Part shown: in pieces, positions 29,394 to 38,532 of the stretch | How positions within the stretch are numbered: the first letter of the stretch is position 1 | How the letters are laid out: each line of letters opens with the position of its first letter | NCBI GenBank assembly: GCA_046293175.1 | Contig: JBKBPM010000002.1 | Location: 19,176 to 83,175, forward strand | Reading direction: 5' to 3' | DNA: 64,000 nt | Origin: Minisyncoccia bacterium | Lineage (GTDB): Bacteria > Patescibacteriota > Minisyncoccia > Phycocordibacterales > UBA918 | Made by a program: the position numbers and the translations under genes | Notes under the pieces: model-generated | The model's database searches: none | The model's input: the letters and a program-made list of their open reading frames with translations, nothing else | Told to the model about the DNA's origin: nothing

Positions 29394-29784
29394 ATCCGGT
29401 TCGCTTGATACCAATATCTTGCTCCGCCTGATTGTAGGCGATGTTCCAGAGCAAACCGCTGTTATTGAAACTCTTTTGACCAAAGCGGCGGTGCTGCAAG
29501 TAGCCGATATTACCATCTTTGAGACTGTCTTTGTGTTACAAAGTTATTACAAATTTTCTCGGGAAGATATCTATGGGTCACTCACTGCAATTGTCCGTCA
29601 CCCTAAAATTAATTGTAACCGTCGGTTTTTTGAGCAAGCTTTTGCACTATATCGCCAGTACCCAAAACTCTCACTCGTAGACTGTGCTTTAACACTTTAT
29701 GCAGAACTGAACAATGCTTCGCCGTTATTCACCTTTGACAAAGATCTGGCCAAGTCATTAGCCAATACCCAAACATTGTCATGA
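29380..29784 (+). CDS. PIN-domain toxin (VapC-like)
   Basis: LDTNILLR, E, SLVD, TFD; overlaps the antitoxin. Confidence 0.9.
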   Translation: MAKNKSGSLDTNILLRLIVGDVPEQTAVIETLLTKAAVLQVADITIFETVFVLQSYYKFSREDIYGSLTAIVRHPKINCNRRFFEQAFALYRQYPKLSLVDCALTLYAELNNASPLFTFDKDLAKSLANTQTLS

Positions 29785-30383
29785 TCACCCCTTCGCATCT
29801 CATTTATAGCTGGGCACTCGCCAAACAGACTGAAAAAGTGGCGGCGGGTGAACCAAACAAGTACCGCACGGCCGCCTTTGTTCTAGGCGCCCTGCTGCCA
29901 GATATTCCAGTCTATGTCTTCTTTTTGGTCTGTGGAATGCTGCTCGGCTATGGGCACGAACAACTCTGGGATGATATGTACTTTAATTCCGGCTGGTCGG
30001 TAGCCTTTACCCTCAGTCATTCCCTCCTCTTCTGGCCAAGCATCTACCTGGTAGCTAAGTACAAACGATGGTTTTTGGCGAAGTGGGTGGCTATTTCGGC
30101 CATTTTTCACATTGTGGTCGATTTTTGTGTGCATACGGCTGATGCCTACGCTCACTTTTGGCCGCTCACTGACTGGCGCTTTGTAAGCCCTATCTCCTAC
30201 TGGGACCGGGCGTTTTATGGACAATACGTAGGGTGTTTTGACGCCGCTTTGGTGCTTGGTCTCCTCTGCTGGCTCGCCACTCGCTACCGTGAGAGCAAGC
30301 AGCACTTTTTGATCTACGGACTTTTAGTTCTCGCTTTGGTACGTTTTGGACTCGAATGGTATAACCTCATCAAATATGCCTAA
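29781..30383 (+). CDS. Membrane-bound metal-dependent hydrolase-like protein
   Basis: TPSH, GALLPD, HS, HIVVD..H, FWP. Confidence 0.75.
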   Translation: MITPSHLIYSWALAKQTEKVAAGEPNKYRTAAFVLGALLPDIPVYVFFLVCGMLLGYGHEQLWDDMYFNSGWSVAFTLSHSLLFWPSIYLVAKYKRWFLAKWVAISAIFHIVVDFCVHTADAYAHFWPLTDWRFVSPISYWDRAFYGQYVGCFDAALVLGLLCWLATRYRESKQHFLIYGLLVLALVRFGLEWYNLIKYA

Positions 30384-30684
30384 ACCTCGCGGCAGCGAAC
30401 ATACCACCCTCACCGAAACGGCCGAGCTTCTCGTTCGGGAGCTCAAAAAGCAATCGGGTATCAAAATGATTGCACCAGGTATCATCGACGCTAAACGTTC
30501 AGGTAAGCGTTATATCACTGCAGTCTATACTTCGGCCGGTATTCACTTTATTGTCTCCGGGACCGGGGTGCAAAAAATTGCGGTGCACCTCTCCGATGCG
30601 GAAGATGGACCAAAGCTCGTGGCAACGCTGAAAAACGCAAAAGCCCTCAAGCAGTTTGCCTGGGGCGAGCGACACCGCGAATAA
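30376..30684 (+). CDS. DUF2103-like small protein
   Basis: HTT, IAPGII, GVQKI. Confidence 0.55.
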   Translation: MPKPRGSEHTTLTETAELLVRELKKQSGIKMIAPGIIDAKRSGKRYITAVYTSAGIHFIVSGTGVQKIAVHLSDAEDGPKLVATLKNAKALKQFAWGERHRE

Positions 30685-30691
30685 ATAGTGT

Positions 30692-31396
30692 CTAGAGCGT
30701 TTCTCGTGGTGGTTTTTTTGGTTGGAATTCTTCAGTGTGCGTTTTCCAGTCAATCACTGTATCATCTACAGGGTGAATTGGATCCTCTGATGCGATATGT
30801 CTAGGCACATCTCCAGCGTAGGGACTCTTAAAAATCTCATTTTTTGTGCTACTGGCACTGCCGTCCTTGACTGAGGCAATAATAGCCTCTTCTTTGGCCT
30901 TTTTATACATATCGAATTCTTTACTTGCGACAATTTCGGTACAAAGAGTGTCTACATCAACACTGGTGAAGGTCAGTGGAGTTAATACACGAATAGCATC
31001 TTTGATTTTTGCCAACACAGCCCTTGCATCTTGGTTGTTTGGATTTTCAATGTTGACAAGCGCCTCCATCAGTTTTGACTTCAAAAAATCATTACGTCCT
31101 AGCACCAACTTTAATTCTTCCAGTCGAGATTCTGGTTCTGCATTAAAATACTCAGCAACAGCTTTTTCCATGACCTCTACACCATACTCATCTCGAATTG
31201 CATCTTTTACATACGACAGCGCAATTATTTGTTCAGAAGTTAACTTTCCGTTTCGTTTCTGTGCGTCTCTGAGAACATTTAGAGTATTGAACATACTAAA
31301 ATTAGTTTGTTCAAGAGACTTTAATACATCTGCTGTCTGCGGTGCTTGTTCTGCTTTAGGTGTGATAAAGCGCTTTACAAAATTATCCAATGCCAT
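30692..31396 (-). CDS. Hypothetical protein (AT-rich)
   Basis: 234-aa ORF from MALDNF. Confidence 0.65.
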   Translation of the reverse strand: MALDNFVKRFITPKAEQAPQTADVLKSLEQTNFSMFNTLNVLRDAQKRNGKLTSEQIIALSYVKDAIRDEYGVEVMEKAVAEYFNAEPESRLEELKLVLGRNDFLKSKLMEALVNIENPNNQDARAVLAKIKDAIRVLTPLTFTSVDVDTLCTEIVASKEFDMYKKAKEEAIIASVKDGSASSTKNEIFKSPYAGDVPRHIASEDPIHPVDDTVIDWKTHTEEFQPKKPPRETL

Positions 31397-31491
31397 AATG
31401 CCAATAGTATACCAGAAACCCAAGAGGGCAACACAAAACCACCCAATCAATGGGCGGTTTTGTGTTGCTTTGAGGCAAATGAGCAACAATC

Positions 31492-32352
31492 TTATGACTG
31501 TCCGCGCATCAAGCGTCCTGGCTTGCGGCGAGTGACAATAAACTTGTTACTAAACTTCTTTGGTGAGCGAGTCTTCTGACCCTTGCCCACTGGACGACCC
31601 TGCTTTGTGCGCGCACGACGGTGACCACGTGGACTGCGTCCCTCACCACCTCCGTGTGGGTGGTCTACCGCGTTCTTGGCTGAACCGCGAGTCTTTGGAC
31701 GAATACCGAGGTGACGAGCACGTCCAGCCTTTCCAATCTTCACGAGGCGGTATTCTTCGTTTGATACCGCACCAATCGATGCCCACGCTTGGCTTATAAT
31801 CTTACGCACTTCAGATGATGGCAACTTAACGAGGGTGTACCCAGCGTCTTGGGCCACGACTTCAGCGTAGTTACCAGCGGAACGAGCGATCCGAGCTCCA
31901 GCGCCAGGCTTGAGTTCAATGTTGAAGATAAAGGCACCAACCGGAATCTTCCCAAGCGGGAGACGGTTACCAGCCTTTGGCTTTGCCTCAGTAGAGGTAA
32001 TAATCTCGTCTCCAACCGCTACCTGCTGTGGAACGAGGATATACCGACGTTCACCGTCCTTGTAGAGAACCAGGGCAATAAAGCCTGAACGGTATGGGTC
32101 ATATTCAATGGTTTCAATCCGAGCTGGAACATCCTTCTTGTCGAACTTGAAGTCAACGAAACGATAGGTTCGCTTGTTTCCACCACCACGGTTGAGAGTG
32201 GTGGTACGACCGAGGTTGTTGCGGCCACCAGTACTGCGTCCACCCTTTGTCAACGACTTCAGTGGGTTACTCTTCGTACTTGTGAGCTTCTTTTTGTACT
32301 CAATCACAGTTCCATCGCGGCGACCGGCTGAGGTGGGTTTATATGCTTTCAT
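31492..32352 (-). CDS. rplB: 50S ribosomal protein L2
   Basis: IEYDP.RS, DHPHGGGEG. Confidence 0.98.
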   Translation of the reverse strand: MKAYKPTSAGRRDGTVIEYKKKLTSTKSNPLKSLTKGGRSTGGRNNLGRTTTLNRGGGNKRTYRFVDFKFDKKDVPARIETIEYDPYRSGFIALVLYKDGERRYILVPQQVAVGDEIITSTEAKPKAGNRLPLGKIPVGAFIFNIELKPGAGARIARSAGNYAEVVAQDAGYTLVKLPSSEVRKIISQAWASIGAVSNEEYRLVKIGKAGRARHLGIRPKTRGSAKNAVDHPHGGGEGRSPRGHRRARTKQGRPVGKGQKTRSPKKFSNKFIVTRRKPGRLMRGQS

Positions 32353-32360
32353 ACGAATTA

Positions 32361-32723
32361 TTACGCAATACTGATAATATCACCGGCCTTAAGATAGACA
32401 TATGCCTTCTTGTAACCAGATTTCTTTTCCTTGCGACCTCGACTCGCTGAGACAGAGGTACGTGGCAATTTGTTCACGATGTTGACCGACACCGGCGTCA
32501 CCTTGTAGAGGGCAACCACCGCTTCAGATACAAGGCGCTTCGTAGCATCTTTGCGAACAAAGAAGGTGTACACGCGTGCGTCCTGAGCCAAAACCGCTTT
32601 TTCGGTTACTACCGGCGCGATAATCACTGAGGTGAGATCGCGGTCGATTGACCGAGCGTTGGTTTTTACCTTGGCGGGGGTTGTCTCTTCGGTTGTTTTT
32701 TTACTGCGACTAAAGAGTGCCAT
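32361..32723 (-). CDS. rplW: 50S ribosomal protein L23
   Basis: PVVTEK, YKKAYV. Confidence 0.95.
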   Translation of the reverse strand: MALFSRSKKTTEETTPAKVKTNARSIDRDLTSVIIAPVVTEKAVLAQDARVYTFFVRKDATKRLVSEAVVALYKVTPVSVNIVNKLPRTSVSASRGRKEKKSGYKKAYVYLKAGDIISIA

Positions 32724-32729
32724 AATACG

Positions 32730-33410
32730 TTACTTAGTAGCTGATACACTCGCCACACGAGCAGTCAAGACTTCGAGAGCTGCGGTTGGTGCAGTCACGA
32801 CGACATACTTGTACGTGAGTAGTTCAACTGGGTTAATATCCTTTGCCATCACCACTTCGATGTTTCCGAAGTTGCGGAAACTCTTTTCGATAGCGAGATC
32901 ACGCTTCGGGAGGATGACTACCGCTGCATTCTTGCGCTTCGTCGCTAAGTCGGCCTTGCCACTACCTGTAGCGAGAGCCTTCACAATATTCTTTGCGACC
33001 GCTGTTTTTGGTTCACTAAATGATACACCATCAAGGAAAAGGACTTCGCCGTCTTCATACTTCTTTGAAAGCACAGTTGCGAGGGCTTTGGCCTTCACCT
33101 TGCGGTTGAGCTTTACACTGTAATCCTTTTCACTGCGTGGCCCATGAGCCACACCACCACCTACCCAAATCGGACTTCGAGTTGAGCCATGACGAGCGCG
33201 ACCAGTTCCCTTTTGCTTCCATGGCTTCTTACCACCACCACTGACTTCACTGCGGTTTTTGGTGTGAGCGGTACCGGCTCGACTGTTTCCCTGCATCGCC
33301 AGTACAACATCGTGCACGAGATCAGCATTCCAAGCAACACCAAATACAGCTGCTGGAAGTTCTACACTTCCGGTTTCCTTTCCTTCAACAGAATAGATTT
33401 TTGCATTCAT
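32730..33410 (-). CDS. rplD: 50S ribosomal protein L4 (alternative start 33449)
   Basis: KPWKQKGTGRAR.GS. Confidence 0.97.
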   Translation of the reverse strand: MNAKIYSVEGKETGSVELPAAVFGVAWNADLVHDVVLAMQGNSRAGTAHTKNRSEVSGGGKKPWKQKGTGRARHGSTRSPIWVGGGVAHGPRSEKDYSVKLNRKVKAKALATVLSKKYEDGEVLFLDGVSFSEPKTAVAKNIVKALATGSGKADLATKRKNAAVVILPKRDLAIEKSFRNFGNIEVVMAKDINPVELLTYKYVVVTAPTAALEVLTARVASVSATK

Positions 33411-33503
33411 CCCGTTAGAAGTACTCTTATTTTTTTGTTTTGTTTCCATATAAGTTTTGTATAAACCTCGTTAGAAATTCTAACGTGATTCATATAATTG
33501 GTC

Positions 33504-34130
33504 TTACTTAACACTTCCACGTACTTCGACTAATGTACCCGGACGACCTGGAATTGCACCCTTCACGAGGATGAGATTCTCTGCGGGATTTACCTGGAGA
33601 ACAGTGAGGTTCTTCACCGTGATACGATCCCCCCCCATACGCCCAGCCATGCGCAGACCCTTGATTACACGCTTGAAACCGGTAGCACCGATGGATCCTG
33701 GTTCACGTTCTGAGTGCTTCTGACCGTGACTACGACGTCCACCGCCGAAGCCGTGTCGCTTTACCACACCCTGGAAGCCCTTACCTTTTGATACAGCACT
33801 GACGGTAACAATGTCACCTGGAGCGAAGACTGAGGCGTTAATAGTAGCGCCTACGGTCATGTCACCTGGTACTGTTTCACCGTACGATGATTTTGGACGG
33901 AACTCACGCACAACTGCGGCGCCGGCAAACTGGCCCTGCTGTGCCTTCGCAATCCGGTGACTCTTTTGAGAGCCGGTAGCGAGCTGTACAGCATCATAGC
34001 CATCTACGGCAGCAGTCTTGACCTTGGTAATTGTCGCTGTTTCTACCCTAAGGATAGTGGCTGGGTGACAAACACCGTTTGCGTCAAAAACTTGTGTCAT
34101 GCGGTCTTTGGTTCCAACAATAAACTTCAT
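33504..34130 (-). CDS. rplC: 50S ribosomal protein L3
   Basis: KGKGFQGVVKR, PGSIG. Confidence 0.98.
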   Translation of the reverse strand: MKFIVGTKDRMTQVFDANGVCHPATILRVETATITKVKTAAVDGYDAVQLATGSQKSHRIAKAQQGQFAGAAVVREFRPKSSYGETVPGDMTVGATINASVFAPGDIVTVSAVSKGKGFQGVVKRHGFGGGRRSHGQKHSEREPGSIGATGFKRVIKGLRMAGRMGGDRITVKNLTVLQVNPAENLILVKGAIPGRPGTLVEVRGSVK

Positions 34131-34374
34131 TTATTCTGGACTTATGCTTATAACATAGCCTTTAAAAACCTCAATGACAAACCGCGCTCTTTTATGGGCG
34201 CGAGCACAAGCTCGCTGCATAAAATAAGCGCGGTTTGTGCCCATTGGTTCTCCGGTACTTACTATATTTCGGTACCTTCAGCGAACATAGGTCTTATAAA
34301 GCTAAGGAGAGTATACCAGAGACGGCTAGTTTTGCAACTAGCCGTCTCTTTACGCTGCTTATGTACTGCCAACC

Positions 34375-35049
34375 TTAGCAATCACTACCGCTACCGCGCC
34401 GTGAACACGCTCCGCCATCTGTGGTTGGCTTTGGTGCCGTACAGTTACTATCAGACACAATCGAGCCGTACTGATCACGACATTCTACCGTACGGACATT
34501 TCTTCCGTTGGTTGTGCTACATGAAGGTGGCCACGGCGCGTTACAAGCATAGGCGCCGGTTACCCACCCATAGACCGGGGTTGAACATTCGGCTAATACA
34601 ACGGTGTGATATTGGTACGTACGTCCAACTGAAGCACAGACATTAGCGGCACTTCCAGTCATTGGTCGGATATACGTACTGTTATCATTTCCATCCCCAC
34701 TCCAGTTCCAGTTACAGGTTACGGCCCAAGCTGGTTCAAAGCATTTTCCCCCAACAATAATTGGGTCATCACCTCCACCCCCTCCTGGTGCACCAGTTGA
34801 TGGATCCCAACAGTTGGCGCCGAGTTCGTCACAATAACGTGGGGACCAGGTTGAGGTAGCAGCCGCCACTATATTAGCCATAAAGTTACCGGTCTTTGCT
34901 TGGGTGGTAGCACCAACATTTATTGGCGCAGGAGTATTATCATTTGGTGCAGTGGCGGTGGGTGCAGACCACTGGGCAGACATGAAGTTGTAGCTTACAA
35001 AAAGAAGGGCAACAAGGCTAAAGATGGCTAAGGAGCGATATTGTTTCAT
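34375..35049 (-). CDS. Secreted constant-N/variable-C protein 1; thrombospondin-type-1-like C-terminus
   Basis: Shared N-terminus; W.TG...C...R.V.C...G..V.D..C..PKP motif. Confidence 0.75.
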   Translation of the reverse strand: MKQYRSLAIFSLVALLFVSYNFMSAQWSAPTATAPNDNTPAPINVGATTQAKTGNFMANIVAAATSTWSPRYCDELGANCWDPSTGAPGGGGGDDPIIVGGKCFEPAWAVTCNWNWSGDGNDNSTYIRPMTGSAANVCASVGRTYQYHTVVLAECSTPVYGWVTGAYACNAPWPPSCSTTNGRNVRTVECRDQYGSIVSDSNCTAPKPTTDGGACSRRGSGSDC

Positions 35050-35140
35050 ATAGGAGTATTATAACACACACGCCTACTTAGTTATCTGTAAAATTGGGGA
35101 CAGTATACCAGGAAACTACGTTTGTGTAACTCTTTGTCAC

Positions 35141-36001
35141 TTATGAGCAAGACCGAGTACTACCGAAGGTAACTCCAGTTGGCAATACACAACCAAGACT
35201 AAAACCAGACCCAGCACCAGTTGCCCCAGTGGCTGTCCCGTATGAAGCACATGCGCTAAAATCCCAACTAGCTGGCACATTGAATGAATCCCGCCAATTA
35301 CCAGAAAGTGCAACCGAGCAGAATTTCAGGTCCTGGGCTGCGGTTGATCCACCCGAATTACAGGCTGAGGTACTACCAAACGTCACACCAGTATCGGTCA
35401 AACAACCCATTTGTCGTCCTACTGCGCCGGTTGTTGTCTGAAAACTGGCACACTGAGCATCTCCAAAGCTTGCTGGCACGAGAATAGTATCGCGCCAGTT
35501 CCCAGAAGCAGCAACTACTGAACAAAACTTTCGTGATGGCATCGGTTCTGCAACCGCCCCATCACAGGCGGTATCGTCGTTCTCATAAAATTTATCACCA
35601 GCAATGCAGCCAAAAGCATAGCTCGTCGCACCTACAGCAGTCATAAAGCTCTGGCAGGTAGTGCTGGTCCAAGACCCAGGAACTACAATCGTATCGCGCC
35701 AATTACCACTTACGAGTACTGAACAAATCTTGTACACCAAGCCGTTACCGTTAGCAGCGGTACAATTATTCCCGAGAGCATCACAGTAGCGGTTTGAGCG
35801 CATCTCCGTTGTGGCGGCCAAGATATTGGCGGCCAAGTTGCCATTCTTAGCCTGAGTGGTTGTACCAACATTTATTGGCGCAGGAGTATTATCATTTGGT
35901 GCAGTGGCGGTGGGTGCAGACCACTGGGCAGACATGAAGTTGTAGCTTACAAAAAGAAGGGCAACAAGGCTAAAGATGGCTAAGGAGCGATATTGTTTCA
36001 T
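35141..36001 (-). CDS. Secreted constant-N/variable-C protein 2; three Cys-rich GNWRD repeats
   Basis: Shared N-terminus; 3x K(I/F)CSV..SGNWRD...VP...C...GC. Confidence 0.8.
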   Translation of the reverse strand: MKQYRSLAIFSLVALLFVSYNFMSAQWSAPTATAPNDNTPAPINVGTTTQAKNGNLAANILAATTEMRSNRYCDALGNNCTAANGNGLVYKICSVLVSGNWRDTIVVPGSWTSTTCQSFMTAVGATSYAFGCIAGDKFYENDDTACDGAVAEPMPSRKFCSVVAASGNWRDTILVPASFGDAQCASFQTTTGAVGRQMGCLTDTGVTFGSTSACNSGGSTAAQDLKFCSVALSGNWRDSFNVPASWDFSACASYGTATGATGAGSGFSLGCVLPTGVTFGSTRSCS

Positions 36002-36105
36002 ATAGGAGTATTATGACAGAAAAAGCAGTAGCACGTTGTTGTTATACACAAAAACGCCTGAGAGGCGCTTTTGTACAACATTTGAGACGATTCCTGGACG
36101 TATGC

Positions 36106-37302
36106 TTAGCGGCGCAGTAACCAGCCTGCATCTGCCGCGGTAACCGGCCAAGTGTACGTGGGCTGCATATTGCTATACATACACTCGGTGAGTAAATCGG
36201 CACCTACAAATTTGGTTTTGCGCAGCGTGTAGGCAATGACCGGCGCATGAGCGTCACCAGTTACCGACTTCAGTGCATTACAATCACCTTTTTCGAGTGC
36301 CATTGGCGGCAATTGGGATTTGAGAGCCGTGATTGCTCTTGTGAAAGTTGGTGTAGTGGCCGTTTGACCAAAAGCGGTTGGCCAGAGTTGTGCCATTATG
36401 TCCGGGTACCAAGTCTTCATATTTGAATGACCAAACACCCCAGCACCATCTTTATAGATTGCATACTGGGTAGTACTGGCGTTATAAAAGCTGCCAGATG
36501 AACCACCGTAAAGCGCTGTTTTTAATACAGCGGCGCGATCAGATAATTGTTTGGCCCGAGCAGTGTCACTAAATATTTGTTTTTCAATACGGGCAGCCGC
36601 TTCAAGTCCAGCCAAGACCTCCACATTGTCCATCAGGTATTTGATAGGGTAGGTCTTTTTGGCCCAACTGACTCCGTCTACATCTATGAGTGCCGTCAGA
36701 GTGTCCTCCACATTTCTGATTGCTGATTTATTACTCCGAACAAAGGACTTACTCCCACCCGCTGTAATGTAGCGATCCACAACAACGAGAAAGAGAGCTG
36801 CTGAACTGTCCTCTGCGTCAACAGTATTACACTGTCGTTCATCACTTTTCACGGGACAGGTAGTACTATATGCACCATCAAGCGAGTACCAGGTATCAAG
36901 CGGTACCCCTGCTGTGGCATCAATATGGCGGGTATACCACTGTATCCAACGCTGGGCCATGGTGACACTCCCTGATTGACCAGCATCAAGCACACCGAGA
37001 ACTGCTAGGTGGGAAAAATATGGAGTTACTCGACGTAGTGGAGTCTCGGTCCCTTCTTCATACACTGCCACTCCATCGCTTACCGTAATTGCACCAAAGC
37101 TACTCTGGCGACTATTCGTGTATTGGAGCTTTTTAATCCAACCGACTACATTTTGTGTCTGTGTTTTAGATAGCGTGGCAGTGGCTGCTTGCTCGTCGCC
37201 GCTACCGAGCGTCAGCGCTACGACATTTCTATCAGTGGCTACATATATACCTGCACCAATGAGTGTAAGTCCCAGTATTAATAATATAATTTTTTTTCGC
37301 AT
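36106..37302 (-). CDS. Secreted six-hairpin glycosidase-like protein
   Basis: Signal/TM; DAEDS.AALFL, YLMDNVE motifs; fold inferred. Confidence 0.5.
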   Translation of the reverse strand: MRKKIILLILGLTLIGAGIYVATDRNVVALTLGSGDEQAATATLSKTQTQNVVGWIKKLQYTNSRQSSFGAITVSDGVAVYEEGTETPLRRVTPYFSHLAVLGVLDAGQSGSVTMAQRWIQWYTRHIDATAGVPLDTWYSLDGAYSTTCPVKSDERQCNTVDAEDSSAALFLVVVDRYITAGGSKSFVRSNKSAIRNVEDTLTALIDVDGVSWAKKTYPIKYLMDNVEVLAGLEAAARIEKQIFSDTARAKQLSDRAAVLKTALYGGSSGSFYNASTTQYAIYKDGAGVFGHSNMKTWYPDIMAQLWPTAFGQTATTPTFTRAITALKSQLPPMALEKGDCNALKSVTGDAHAPVIAYTLRKTKFVGADLLTECMYSNMQPTYTWPVTAADAGWLLRR

Positions 37303-37381
37303 AGTAACTATACTGTAGCATACGTACTAACATTGCTTCGCGGTAAATTTAAACACAGCACCTGCCGGCGCTGTGTTTCTC

Positions 37382-37958
37382 TTATGGTGCGCGCAATTCA
37401 CGGACTACATAGTGACCATTACCAGAATTAGTGGTCAGGGTACCAAATCTATAATAATGTCCTGGCGAAATAATAATGGTTGAACCGTTATCAAGATCAC
37501 TGTCATAGTCTTGGTAGTTCATTCTCACTGAGGTGGTAGTTGAAACACCCACATCGATAATCGTACCGTCCCAAATATTCTTATGGAAAACCATAATTGG
37601 CTGATCAGTATTATTTTGGTACCAAACACCCTGGGTACGGTTAACCACTTGCCACGTTTGATTATAACCAATACCACCCCCCGCCCGGCGCGCCAGTACT
37701 TGGATCCCAACAATTATTCCCGGTCTCATCGCAGTACTGTGGAGACCAGGCGGAGGTAGCGGCCGCCACTATATTAGCCATAAAGTTACCGGTTTTGGCT
37801 TGGGTGGTAGCACCAACATTTATTGGCGTAGGAGTATTATCATTTGGTGCAGTGGCGGTGGGTGCAGACCACTGGGCAGACATGAAGTTGTAGCCGGTAA
37901 GAAGGCTTGGGCAGATAACTAACGGGATAAAAGCAAGGGTTTCTTCATATGTAGTCAT
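37382..37958 (-). pseudogene. Constant-N/variable-C protein 3, frameshifted at a G6 tract; tail-fibre-like C-terminus
   Basis: ORFs 37662..37973 and 37382..37729 join if one G is removed at 37677-37682; GIGYNQTWQ...Y.N.T..PIMV. Confidence 0.75.
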
Positions 37959-38046
37959 TCTATTAAGAGACACTGCTGCGTAGAAGAGATGCTGGGTATA
38001 ACAAAAGCGCCTTTTAGGCGCTTTTGTTATACATGTGCCATGCTCC

Positions 38047-38379
38047 TTAGAGCATCTTCACATCAATATTGACTCCGGAAGGGAGTGAGAGGTTCGTAAG
38101 AGCCTCTACTACCTTTGGTCCTGGGTTCAAGATATCAATCACTCGCTTATGCATTCGCATTTCGAATTGTTCTCGCGCGTCTTTGTACACGAACGTCGAA
38201 CGGTTGACTGTATATTTCTTGATCTCGGTGGGGAGTGGGATTGGTCCAACTACCTTGGCATCGAAACGCAAGGCAGTATCAATGATCTGCTTGACTGAAG
38301 CATCAAGAATCTTATGCTCATACGCGCGAACGCGGATGCGCAACTTGTTGAAGGCTTCGGCTTTCTGAGTTGTTGCCAT
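38047..38379 (-). CDS. rpsJ: 30S ribosomal protein S10
   Basis: GPIPLPT, REQFEMR.HKR. Confidence 0.98.
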   Translation of the reverse strand: MATTQKAEAFNKLRIRVRAYEHKILDASVKQIIDTALRFDAKVVGPIPLPTEIKKYTVNRSTFVYKDAREQFEMRMHKRVIDILNPGPKVVEALTNLSLPSGVNIDVKML

Positions 38380-38409
38380 AGATAGTAATTAATTTACTCA
38401 TCATAGTGG

Positions 38410-38532
38410 AAGTGTGCTTGGGATGCCTCAGATACGAGGAGAAACAAAGTTTTGGAAGAAGGCGTATTTATATACGACGACTGACTAAACTGAAGTTTCG
38501 ACAAAGTAGATGAGGTATATCCAAGTGCACTT
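38410..38532 (+). repeat. ERIC-like palindromic element
   Basis: CGAGG...GGCGTAT-TTAT-ATACG...GACAAAG; arm ends at the tuf stop codon. Confidence 0.8.

Noticed and set aside
30846-34646. Long + strand ORFs (30846..31535, 33957..34646); likewise 17329..17976 and 62571..63215
   Set aside because: Antisense shadows of better-supported genes, with no motifs.
34841-37894. DGR template/variable repeat pair, or shufflon
   Set aside because: Mismatches are not adenine-specific, the repeats are N-terminal and direct, and no RT or invertase is visible.
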